A stretch of DNA of 64,000 bases from Candidatus Latescibacterota bacterium (GTDB taxonomy: Bacteria; Latescibacterota; UBA2968), in the NCBI GenBank assembly GCA_965208125.1, contig OZ242320.1:3872001-3936000 (forward strand), in the 5' to 3' direction. Positions 1 to 9,126 of the stretch are shown piece by piece; positions within the stretch are counted from its first letter, which is position 1, and the number at the start of each line of letters is the position of its first letter. The notes under the pieces are model-generated. The model did no database searches, was not told the DNA's origin, and saw only the letters and a list, made by a program, of their open reading frames with translations. The position numbers and the translations under genes were made by a program.

Positions 1-2
1 CG

Positions 3-881
3 GGAAGAACCGAGCAGATCCGTGTCAACCTGAGTATCAGATATGAGGATATCAAGGGAATTGAGCTTGGTTTCCAGAAGCGATTCAGCAATAACTTCGC
101 GTTTCAGACGTCTTTTAACGCGCAGTGGCTATCGGGAGGGCGTGCAGGGGGAGCAGGGGACAGGTTCTTCCCGGATTCAACGTGGGTCGCCGCTGGAAAT
201 TACTGGTTTGGCTATGAGATTCGAAACGGGCAGGAGGTTCCGATTCCACTGACCCAGGATGAGATCCGAGAAATCGGATCCAAAGCGAATCAACTTCTTC
301 GCGACATCCAGGCAGGTGGTGGTCCCAGCAAGGGACAGGCAGGACCGAATGAACATTTTCTGGCAGCTATTGAAAAGGAACCCGGCATCTGGGCTATCAC
401 CCCCATTCTTTCCGAGTTGAATATTGGCGGCATACGGGGCAGGGACAGAACGGCATTTGGGAGCGTGGCGTTTCTCTACCGAACGCCGAGCGATTGGGGC
501 CCAATGGTTGGCGAAGCGGGTTTGTTCGGGAATATTCAGGCCAACATGATTTATCGCATGCAGACCGGCAGCCGGTTTGAATACTCGCTTCCAGAAGGTG
601 GCGTGGAGGAACGAAATGAGCCACTTCGCACCTGGGTTGATTTGAATGCCCAAAAGACGTTCTACGGCCTGAGGGACCGCTTCGATGCCACGTTGTTCGT
701 CGAAACATACAATCTGTTCAACCAGAAAGATCGGCGGGCAAACAACTTCGATTATATTCAATGGGGTTTGAGAAGACCCATACCAACAGACCAGCTCTAC
801 AGGAATTTCGGAGATCCGAACGACAGGGCCTTTCTGGGCTCCCCAAGGCAGGTGCATTTGGGATTGAGACTCAGTTTCTAA
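3..881 (+). CDS. TonB-dependent outer-membrane receptor, C-terminal part (5' truncated by window edge)
   Basis: Frame 3 is open from position 3 (GRTEQIRVNLSIRYEDIKGIELGFQKRFSNNF...) and in frame with ORF 417..881. It has amphipathic strands, VDLNAQKTF and ETYNLFN motifs, and ends PRQVHLGLRLSF with the terminal Phe typical of TBDRs. Confidence 0.85.
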   Translation, partial: GRTEQIRVNLSIRYEDIKGIELGFQKRFSNNFAFQTSFNAQWLSGGRAGGAGDRFFPDSTWVAAGNYWFGYEIRNGQEVPIPLTQDEIREIGSKANQLLRDIQAGGGPSKGQAGPNEHFLAAIEKEPGIWAITPILSELNIGGIRGRDRTAFGSVAFLYRTPSDWGPMVGEAGLFGNIQANMIYRMQTGSRFEYSLPEGGVEERNEPLRTWVDLNAQKTFYGLRDRFDATLFVETYNLFNQKDRRANNFDYIQWGLRRPIPTDQLYRNFGDPNDRAFLGSPRQVHLGLRLSF

Positions 882-895
882 GAGGATAAGACAAC

Positions 896-3154
896 ATGAT
901 TACTATAAAAAGAAGAAGCATCTTGTTTCTGCTTTTTCCATTGCTGGCGACCCTCTTGCTAACTTCGGAATTGTGGGCGCAGTCGAGTCCCTTCCAGAGG
1001 AAATTCCGACACATGACGCGGGGGAAGGTCTGGCATACGTACAGGAACGGACTCACAGGTCGGGTTCACCGACAGGTGATGAGGGATATAGCCGGTATGC
1101 AATATCCGGGTTCCATCATTCCGCTGGAACCCACCGAGTTTGAGCAATACTGGAGCTTTGTCAACTATCACTGGTATCCGAGGTTTACCCGCCGATACGA
1201 CACCTCTCGGGGCGAGGGTGTAATGATTCTAACAAGAGATCACGGCACCTCGGCAGTTGGCCCGAGTCAGGAAACCGAGGATATTCGGGAAAAGGTCTAT
1301 GACATTGTCAACAGCCCGGAAAAAGATCTGGGATTTATGACCGCCTCCCACTTTACCGGGTTCAGCCCGATGTCCAACTACTGGCCCGGAGCACCTCCAA
1401 TTGTGGGTGAGCCTGTGGAAATCCACAACCACGACTATGGGCGGTATATCGGGGACGATTCTCAAGGTGAGGAAATTCTCATCACGGCATGGTCCTCCAA
1501 AACGGGTATCAGTGTGTCGCAAAAAGCCTTTTCCTGGAGCTATCCCGACTTTGACGACTTCATCATTTACGAATATACTTTCCACAACAATGGAGACGCC
1601 AACGGAGACGGCCAGCCGGATCCCGGTATGCCCGTGCAACTCAACGACGTCTATTTTGCGTTCGTAAACATCATGACCATCTCTCAGGCGGGGTGCTTTA
1701 TTTCAAGCCCGGGTGCGTGGTGGGTCGATTTCCCCGAATTGAGGGACGATTTCTACAGATACACCGGTGCAGCTAACTACGATGGTCCGGCCGAATACGC
1801 TGACCTGAAGCTCAGCTACCACTACGACGGGGACGCGCCTTCTACTTTGTGGAATGACGTTGGTGGACCCTACGTTTCGGCGCGTCACCATTCACTGTTC
1901 AAAGGCACGGCGCGAGTCGATGGAGAACTGACAGACTTCCAGTACTTTGGGTTTGCCCCTCTGGATTATACCCCACCCTTTACAAACGATTCGGAAAACT
2001 ACGTTGCGCCAAAAGTCGCGGATCAGCCGGTGTCGGTAAAGTGGTGGGAAATCTTCAGCAGAAATAACTACACATACCCGGATCCCAGTAATGATGGTGA
2101 TGAGCAACTGTGGAACAAACTCGTCGAAGACCAGGGATTCCAATCCAACCCCACCGACATCGGTGATTACGCCCACAGTCAAACGTATGGACCATACGAT
2201 ATTGGTCCTGGTGAAAAAGTGAAAATCGTGGCGGTTTTTGCCGGGGGAACAGCTGCCGACGCCAAGGGTACGGGCATCATCGAATGGGCGCAAACGGGCA
2301 ATCAAGACGAGGTTTCTCTGGGTCGGGAGGCCCTCGTGGATCACGTGCGCCGTGCTCAATTCGCCTACGATAGCGGCTACGATCTGCCCGACCCGCCTCC
2401 GGATGTGCGATTTTCAGTGGGAAATAGCGAACGTGGGCAGGTTCTCCTCACATGGCCAGATGATGCCGATCGCGCGTTGGATCCAGACTATGGCCAGGCC
2501 GACTTAAGAGCCTACCGGGTCTATCGTTCGGGGACCAAGGAAGCGGGGCCTTACAAGTTGCTGAAAGAGATTCCCGTGGGAGATGCCGCGCATTTGAGTG
2601 GCGGCACCTATTCCTTCGAGGATGAGACTTCCGCTCCCGGCTTCAACTACTGGTACTCGGTCCGCTCGGTTGATTCCGGGCATTCATCCTGGACTAATAA
2701 CGACGGTACCAAGACGCTTGCAGACCTGCCCGACAAGGTGCGACAGAATGTCCAGAGTGGCATGGAAAGCGGGCATTCCTCGCCTGAGCAGCGGATGCAG
2801 GTCTTCACCAGTCCGAAGATCCCCGCAACTGCTACCAAAGACAATTTCGGCGATGAAATCCTGGTCGTGCCCAATCCCTATCGGGATGATGGCACACACA
2901 GGTATCCGGGATCCAGAAAGATTCGATTTACAAATATCCCCAGAAAGGCCCAGATCAAGATCTATTCTCCATCTGGAGACCTGATCTGGACGATCAATCA
3001 CGATTCGCCCCTGGGAGAGGCAGAATGGAATCAGGCGCCGCGATCCTTCGCGAGGCCGGAAGTACAGTCAGGCATCTACTTCTACTCTGTGGAATCCCTT
3101 GTGGAATCATCTCAGGGGGAGATGCGGTTCGGTTCATTTGTAATCATCAAATAG
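896..3154 (+). CDS. Secreted protein with FN3-like domain and T9SS type-A-like C-terminal domain
   Basis: SPI signal peptide (..ELWA/Q); DANGDGQPD Ca-binding-like loop; FN3 pattern (PDPPPD..VLLTW..YRVYRS..FED..YWYSVRSVD); C-terminus VVPNPY..IRFTNIP..IKIYSPSGDLI..W..SGIYFYSVE..FVIIK. Confidence 0.8.
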   Translation: MITIKRRSILFLLFPLLATLLLTSELWAQSSPFQRKFRHMTRGKVWHTYRNGLTGRVHRQVMRDIAGMQYPGSIIPLEPTEFEQYWSFVNYHWYPRFTRRYDTSRGEGVMILTRDHGTSAVGPSQETEDIREKVYDIVNSPEKDLGFMTASHFTGFSPMSNYWPGAPPIVGEPVEIHNHDYGRYIGDDSQGEEILITAWSSKTGISVSQKAFSWSYPDFDDFIIYEYTFHNNGDANGDGQPDPGMPVQLNDVYFAFVNIMTISQAGCFISSPGAWWVDFPELRDDFYRYTGAANYDGPAEYADLKLSYHYDGDAPSTLWNDVGGPYVSARHHSLFKGTARVDGELTDFQYFGFAPLDYTPPFTNDSENYVAPKVADQPVSVKWWEIFSRNNYTYPDPSNDGDEQLWNKLVEDQGFQSNPTDIGDYAHSQTYGPYDIGPGEKVKIVAVFAGGTAADAKGTGIIEWAQTGNQDEVSLGREALVDHVRRAQFAYDSGYDLPDPPPDVRFSVGNSERGQVLLTWPDDADRALDPDYGQADLRAYRVYRSGTKEAGPYKLLKEIPVGDAAHLSGGTYSFEDETSAPGFNYWYSVRSVDSGHSSWTNNDGTKTLADLPDKVRQNVQSGMESGHSSPEQRMQVFTSPKIPATATKDNFGDEILVVPNPYRDDGTHRYPGSRKIRFTNIPRKAQIKIYSPSGDLIWTINHDSPLGEAEWNQAPRSFARPEVQSGIYFYSVESLVESSQGEMRFGSFVIIK

Positions 3155-3169
3155 TCAAGGAGCTTTGCT

Positions 3170-4159
3170 ATGATGACCAGGATATACGCATCAATCTGCG
3201 TATTCGCGATTGTGATTTTGCTGCAATCGCCCGCCCAGGGACAGGGATATGTGGAAATCGAGGATGAGGATATTTATTCCTCAACCGCTGCTTCGCGAAT
3301 TGGGCTTACAGGATTTGCATTTCTGAAGATTTCCCAGGGGGCGCGGTCTGCGGGAATGGGGGATGCGTACACGGCCATATCCAATGATATCAATGCGGCA
3401 TTCAAGAATCCTGCCGGTTTGACCCATATGAAACGGATTGAGTACGTGTTCTCTTACAACCGATGGTTGGTAAACAGCACGGTTGCTTCCAGCGCTGTTG
3501 CGGCGAATACGCCTTATGGCGTGGTGGGCGTTACTTTTATCGGTTTCTACCCTGAGAAGAGCAAGGAAACCACCATACTCCAGCCGCTCGGAACAGGAGA
3601 GATGGTGAATGCTGGGGATGTCGCCATCGGATTTCTTTACGCGAAGAAAATGACCGATAGGCTCTCCTTCGGCGCTCACGGTCGCTGGATTCAGGAAACG
3701 CTGCACGACAAGAAAATTTCCAGTTACGATGTCTCACTCGGCACGCTGTTCTACACGGGATTTGGCTCCAGCAGGTTGGCGATGACATTACAAAATTTCG
3801 GCAAAGACGTAACGCCGGAAGCGGTCACTTTCGCCATGCCAATGGTTTTCAATATCGCCGCTGCTATGGAGGTTTACGGAACAGTAGAAGATCCCACCTA
3901 CCTCACAGCCGCAGTCGATTTCAGCTATGCCACTGATTTCGGTGAGCGGTTACATTTTGGCGGTGAGCTCTGGGTCGCAAGGGTGCTCGCGCTTCGAGCT
4001 GGATACAAGACCAATTACGACATCGAGAGTTATTCACTTGGTGCCGGTGTTCGCGTGAACTATGTGGGAGGTAGGCAGGTCTCTGTCGATTTTGCCTATT
4101 CGGCGATTGAGGGTGGCTTTGATCCTCCGCTGCGCGTATCTCTGAGTGGGAGTTTTTAG
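3170..4159 (+). CDS. PorV/PorQ (UPF0164, FadL-like) family outer-membrane beta-barrel
   Basis: Signal peptide; FLKISQGARSAGMGDAYTA..NPAGL family signature; LALRAGY; ends RVSLSGSF; AAGGAG RBS. Confidence 0.88.
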   Translation: MMTRIYASICVFAIVILLQSPAQGQGYVEIEDEDIYSSTAASRIGLTGFAFLKISQGARSAGMGDAYTAISNDINAAFKNPAGLTHMKRIEYVFSYNRWLVNSTVASSAVAANTPYGVVGVTFIGFYPEKSKETTILQPLGTGEMVNAGDVAIGFLYAKKMTDRLSFGAHGRWIQETLHDKKISSYDVSLGTLFYTGFGSSRLAMTLQNFGKDVTPEAVTFAMPMVFNIAAAMEVYGTVEDPTYLTAAVDFSYATDFGERLHFGGELWVARVLALRAGYKTNYDIESYSLGAGVRVNYVGGRQVSVDFAYSAIEGGFDPPLRVSLSGSF

Positions 4160-4259
4160 ACCCGATCAGTTTGCGAGATCACTGGGCGGCAGGCCCCCTG
4201 GACCAGGCCAATGATAGGCCTGATACAAGCCTGTCGCTCAAAGGATTGCGAGGAGAGAT

Positions 4260-6248
4260 TTGTCCTCTCTGCAAGATCCCATCGTTAGCCATCCAGCGCC
4301 TTCCGCCGCAGAGGAGCGGGGGATCACGTTGCGTTCGTTTCTGATTGGGTTGGGTGTGGTCTGTCTGGTCAACCTGTGGGTCACGTGGTCGGATTTCATA
4401 ATTCATTCCTCGGCCTGGAATCTGAGCCACTTCCCCATGGTGAATTTCATTCCGTTTGTCATCCTCACAGTCTTCTCATCGGTTTCAGACAGATTGTTTG
4501 GACCGCGCTGGTCTTTTTCATCTGCCGAACTCGCCACCGTTCTGGCCATGGGGCTGGTGGGCAGCGTCGTGCCGACCAACGGATTTATGGGATATGTGCT
4601 CGGCATTTTGGCCATGCCGTATTACCTGGCCACCCCCGAGAATGGTTGGGCGCTCTACTTTCACCCCCACCTTGCCGACTGGATGGCGCCGCGAGATGAA
4701 AACGACGCCGTGCGCTACTTTTTCGAAGGCCTACCCAAAGGTGTGCACATCCCCTGGGAAACCTGGGCAAGCCCGCTTTTCTGGTGGCTTACATTTGCAG
4801 CGTCGATCACGCTGATCTCGGCCTGCACGGTTGTCATTTTGCGCAAGCAATGGACGGAGAACGAACGGCTCGATTATCCCATCATCAGCGTAGGCATCGA
4901 CATGGCGCTGCGCTCGAATCCCTGGAACTGGCTGCCGGAATACATGAAAGGCAAGCTGTTCTGGGGTGGTTTTTCGGTCGCCTGCGGAATCGTTTGTTGG
5001 AATATTCCCAGTTACTTCATACCCGGCCTGCCCGAATTCCCTCTACTTCCCAGATGGTTTACGCTGGCCGCTGGTTTTCCCACAATTGACTTCCACATCA
5101 GCTTTTTTGCACTGGCTTTTGCATTTTTTGCCAGGCTTGAAGCCCTGTTCAGCGTCTGGTTCTTCTTCCTGATTTTTCTAATCCAGAGCGCGGTATTCAA
5201 CCGATTCGGATTCACCATCGGCACCTCGGGAGATCCCTGGTCTTCCCACAACCCCGCAGTTGGCTGGCAAAGCTGGGGGTCTCTCTGCTTCATCGTGGCC
5301 TGGGGGATCTGGGTTGCTCGCCACCATCTACGCGACGTTTTTTCAAAGGCCATCTGGGGGGTACCGGGTGAAGGCAGAGCTGAAGAAATGATGTCTTACC
5401 GGATGGCTCTTACCGGCCTGATCAGTGGACTGGTTTATGCCATTGGATTTCTGTACTGTGCGGGTATGAGCTATACCATGGCCATCGCGCTCTTGCTTTC
5501 CACACTCATCGGCTACCTGGGGGTATCCCGCATCCTGGTGGAAACCGGGTTGCTCTACGTGGTCGTACCGGTAACGGGTCAGTCCTCCACCGTATATTTT
5601 CTGGGATCGCGTGGCCTGCCGGAATCCTCGATGACAGCCATGGCATTCACCTATATCCTCGTCACGAGGGGTGCCGGTATGTTCATGCCTTCGCTGACCC
5701 ATCTGGGCAAGCTTGCAGATCAGATTCCCCAGATACGAAGGCGTCTGATCTACGCGCTTGGTGCCTCAATTGTGGTCGGAGTTCTGGTTGCCGCCATTGT
5801 AACCCTGTATCTGGGCTACACACATGGGGCATACAACTTCAACGTATGGGTGTTGGGCGGGGGCGGCAGCCAGCGTCCTTTCATCGATACGCTGGTCAAG
5901 ATGCAGTCGCCATTCACCACAGACTGGTATCGCGTCTCCTTTTTTTCATTCGGGGTGCTGGTGTCGGCCGCGCTGGTGGCTTTGCGCTATCGCTTTCCCT
6001 GGTGGCCCCTTTCACCCATTGGATTTCCCCTGGCCACTTCCTGGCCCATGCGCAGAGTCGGGTTCACTATCTTTCTGGCCTGGTTCATCAAGGCCGTCAT
6101 CATGAAACTGGGAGGTGCCGTGCTCTACCGTCGGTGCCAGCCCTTTGCAGTCGGGCTCCTGGTCGGTTGGGCAGCCGGAGTCGGCATCTCTTTTCTGATT
6201 GACATCTTCTACTTCCCCGGCAACGGACACGGGATTCACTCGTATTGA
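4260..6248 (+). CDS. DUF6785/DUF6784-like polytopic membrane protein (putative transporter), copy 1
   Basis: TTG start after GAGGAGAG; many TM segments; motifs ITLRS.LIGL, LRKQW.E.ERL.YP, RF.WWPLSPIG, LYRR.QPF..GL. Confidence 0.75.
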   Translation: MSSLQDPIVSHPAPSAAEERGITLRSFLIGLGVVCLVNLWVTWSDFIIHSSAWNLSHFPMVNFIPFVILTVFSSVSDRLFGPRWSFSSAELATVLAMGLVGSVVPTNGFMGYVLGILAMPYYLATPENGWALYFHPHLADWMAPRDENDAVRYFFEGLPKGVHIPWETWASPLFWWLTFAASITLISACTVVILRKQWTENERLDYPIISVGIDMALRSNPWNWLPEYMKGKLFWGGFSVACGIVCWNIPSYFIPGLPEFPLLPRWFTLAAGFPTIDFHISFFALAFAFFARLEALFSVWFFFLIFLIQSAVFNRFGFTIGTSGDPWSSHNPAVGWQSWGSLCFIVAWGIWVARHHLRDVFSKAIWGVPGEGRAEEMMSYRMALTGLISGLVYAIGFLYCAGMSYTMAIALLLSTLIGYLGVSRILVETGLLYVVVPVTGQSSTVYFLGSRGLPESSMTAMAFTYILVTRGAGMFMPSLTHLGKLADQIPQIRRRLIYALGASIVVGVLVAAIVTLYLGYTHGAYNFNVWVLGGGGSQRPFIDTLVKMQSPFTTDWYRVSFFSFGVLVSAALVALRYRFPWWPLSPIGFPLATSWPMRRVGFTIFLAWFIKAVIMKLGGAVLYRRCQPFAVGLLVGWAAGVGISFLIDIFYFPGNGHGIHSY

Positions 6249-6260
6249 AAGAGAGGCACT

Positions 6261-7610
6261 ATGGCAAATGCAATAGAAATCGGCATTGCGCGTGCTGATA
6301 TTACCCCTGCGGTTGGCATCCCTATGGTCGGATTTGCGGGGCGAGGACCTTCGACGCGCGTAAATGACCCGTTATATGCCACGGCTATGGCAGTTTCCTG
6401 CGCGGGGGAGCAAGCCGTATTGATCGCCTCGGATCTCCTCCAGTTTAAGGCGGAAACGGTCGCCGAGTTTCGTGCACTTATCCAGGCTGCATCGGGAATT
6501 GCCGCTGATCGGATTACCCTGGCCTGTAGCCACACGCATTACGGGCCTGATATCGATCGCGCAGGTAGGCGATCTTCTTCGCCTGGTCCGAGTTCGACCG
6601 AAGGTTCCGAACTGGTCGATGCCTATCGGATTCATCTCGGATTCAAACTGGCAGGTCTGGTACAGGAGGCTCAGCAAAATTTTAAGCCGGCGCGAATGGG
6701 TATTGGCTGGGGCAGTTCCGATATTGGTATCAACCGCAGGGAGAAGACCCCTGATGGGCGGATTATACTCGGCAACAACTACGATGGGCCTGTTGACCGC
6801 GAGGTCGGCATCGCGCGAATTGAAGATACAGAGGGAAACCCTATCGCCTGTCTGGTCAATTTTGCGACGCATCCGGTTGCACAGACTTCTCAGCAGCGCG
6901 CTATTTCTGCCGGGTTTTCCGGAAAGATGACCCAGGTGGTAGAAGGTCTTACCGGCGCGTATTGTCTCTTTCTACAGGGGGCGGCGGGCGATATCAATCC
7001 GGCTCTGGGATTCCGCGGACCGGATCAGCGACCAGAAGATCTTCACAAGCCATCGGACAGTCTGGGCATTCGACTGGGCTGCGAAGTGGTGCGCGTGTGG
7101 GAAACCATCAGCGTTGGTGAGGCTCAAGGTTTGAATCTCGCTTCAAAAACTATAAACCTGCCCCGCTACATGTACGGCGACTTAAAAAGCGCGAAACAGC
7201 TCGATGGGGAATTCGATCAGGAGTTGAAAGCGAGAAATCTCTCAGACGGACAGCGATATTGGACAGAACTGAGGCAAAGTCGGGTGCGAGAAGCGATTAG
7301 TAGCCACGAGACGGGCATTCCACTTGATCCCGTTGAGACGGAATTACAGGCATGGCGAATTGGTGATCTCGCCTTTGTGACTGCTCCGGCGGAGATTTTT
7401 ACTGAAAACGGCACGCTTGTGAAAAATCAATCGCCTTTCGATCACACTTTCTTCGTGGGCTATACCAATGGCTCCATTGGGTATGTCCCTACCGTGGATG
7501 CCTACCCCGAGGGGGGATACGAAGTCACCCACGCCTGCCAGGTCGATCCCGAGGCGGGCGATATGATCAATGAGAATTGCCTGGCACTGCTCCGGCAGGT
7601 CGTGGCATAA
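6261..7610 (+). CDS. Neutral/alkaline ceramidase-fold amidohydrolase (canonical HxH)
   Basis: ADITP, DPLYA, SHTHYGP, NRR, NFATHP, QGAAGDINP, GYVPT..YPEGGYE motifs. Confidence 0.8.
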   Translation: MANAIEIGIARADITPAVGIPMVGFAGRGPSTRVNDPLYATAMAVSCAGEQAVLIASDLLQFKAETVAEFRALIQAASGIAADRITLACSHTHYGPDIDRAGRRSSSPGPSSTEGSELVDAYRIHLGFKLAGLVQEAQQNFKPARMGIGWGSSDIGINRREKTPDGRIILGNNYDGPVDREVGIARIEDTEGNPIACLVNFATHPVAQTSQQRAISAGFSGKMTQVVEGLTGAYCLFLQGAAGDINPALGFRGPDQRPEDLHKPSDSLGIRLGCEVVRVWETISVGEAQGLNLASKTINLPRYMYGDLKSAKQLDGEFDQELKARNLSDGQRYWTELRQSRVREAISSHETGIPLDPVETELQAWRIGDLAFVTAPAEIFTENGTLVKNQSPFDHTFFVGYTNGSIGYVPTVDAYPEGGYEVTHACQVDPEAGDMINENCLALLRQVVA

Positions 7611-7624
7611 CGGAGGGGATTCAT

Positions 7625-9097
7625 ATGGCAGATAGACCCAATATCCTGGTGATCATGTCCGATCAGCACAGTAAATTCCACATCGGATGTTATGGCGATG
7701 AAGTGGTTCGAACCCCGCATATGGACCGGCTTGCTGCCGAAGGCATACGGTTCAACAACGCCTATTGCGCAGCACCGCTTTGCGTGCCCAGCCGGATGGC
7801 TTTTATGACATCCAGAACGCCCACCGCGAACCGCGTCTGGACAAATAGCCATATCCTCTCTTCTGCCATCCCCACCTGGGCACATGGCATGGGCGCAGCC
7901 GGCTATGAAACTGCCCTGATTGGACGCATGCACTTTGTTGGATCGGATCAGCGGCACGGATTTGAGCGACGGCCCATTGGCGAATGGGGTGCACATCACC
8001 CCGGTGTTTCTTTGCAGGGCGCTCCCCTGTTTCGCAAAATGCCTCTGGGTGTATCTGGGCAGAGCCGCGTGAGCGTAGAATATGCCGGTTATGGGATGTG
8101 TACCTATCAGGCGTATGATGACATGGTCGTTGCGTCTGCCCTTGATTATTTGGACGAGAAGGCCCATGATGGGAGAGATCGTCCCTTTGCCGCTGTGGCT
8201 GGCTTTGTTCTTCCGCACTGCCCCTATATCGCCGCTACAAAAGAACTTTTCGAATATTATTACGATAGGGTAGATGTTCCTCAGCCAACGCCGGAAGAGG
8301 CACAGAGAGCACCGGCGGCTATCCGCAAGCTGAAACGCCTGAGAGATCTGGACAGACCACTTCCCGAGGAATGCATTCGCGTGGCCCGGGCAGCCTATTT
8401 TGCCATGTGCGAGTACTTTGACAGCATCGTCGGCCAGATGCTCCAGAAGCTGGACGAGACGGGGCTGGCGGAAAACACGCTGGTCATCTACTGCTCTGAC
8501 CACGGCGAAATGGCAGGAGAACACGGACTGTGGTCCAAGAGCAATTACTACGAAGCATCAGTTTCCGTACCTCTCATTGTCCGTTTGCCCGGGGTTATCC
8601 CAGCGGGTGGAATCAGCGATAGTATCTGCAACCTCATGGATATTGGACCAACCCTGACCGAGGTGGCTGGCGCTCCTCCGATGCCTGCTACCGATGGACG
8701 TTCGCTGTGGCCCCAGATGTGCGGAGAAGACGATCCGAACTGGGTCGATGAAACCTTCAGTGAACATCTCTGGGAAGCCAACGAAGTGCCTTCTCGCATG
8801 ATCCGCAAGGGAGCATGGAAGCTCTACAAGTACAATGAGCCTACACCTCCAGCGCTTTTTAATCTGAAAGAAGACCCCGGAGAACTCAATGATTTGGGTC
8901 TGGACACGCGGTACCAGGATGTGCGAGAGAAGCTCTTGAAACGCCTCCACGAAGACTGGGATCCCGCAGATATCATCAGTGAAACAGCTATTCTGGATCG
9001 GGATTATCGCACCATTTCGGCATGGGGCCAGGCTGTCCAGCCCATACACGAAGACACTGTAGCCGTGCCGGATGTGGAAGACATCGAACTTCGATAG
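7625..9097 (+). CDS. Cys-type sulfatase (choline-sulfatase-like), no signal peptide
   Basis: PNILVIMSDQH, CVPSR, GRMHF, SDHGE motifs; ATG 7625 after GGAGGGG (ORF-track start 7577 overlaps the upstream gene). Confidence 0.9.
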   Translation: MADRPNILVIMSDQHSKFHIGCYGDEVVRTPHMDRLAAEGIRFNNAYCAAPLCVPSRMAFMTSRTPTANRVWTNSHILSSAIPTWAHGMGAAGYETALIGRMHFVGSDQRHGFERRPIGEWGAHHPGVSLQGAPLFRKMPLGVSGQSRVSVEYAGYGMCTYQAYDDMVVASALDYLDEKAHDGRDRPFAAVAGFVLPHCPYIAATKELFEYYYDRVDVPQPTPEEAQRAPAAIRKLKRLRDLDRPLPEECIRVARAAYFAMCEYFDSIVGQMLQKLDETGLAENTLVIYCSDHGEMAGEHGLWSKSNYYEASVSVPLIVRLPGVIPAGGISDSICNLMDIGPTLTEVAGAPPMPATDGRSLWPQMCGEDDPNWVDETFSEHLWEANEVPSRMIRKGAWKLYKYNEPTPPALFNLKEDPGELNDLGLDTRYQDVREKLLKRLHEDWDPADIISETAILDRDYRTISAWGQAVQPIHEDTVAVPDVEDIELR

Positions 9098-9126
9098 ATG
9101 GTGAATCCAAAATTAAGTGTGATCAC

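Noticed and set aside
7502-8524. 340-aa minus-strand ORF
   Set aside because: Antisense shadow of the sulfatase; no recognisable motifs.
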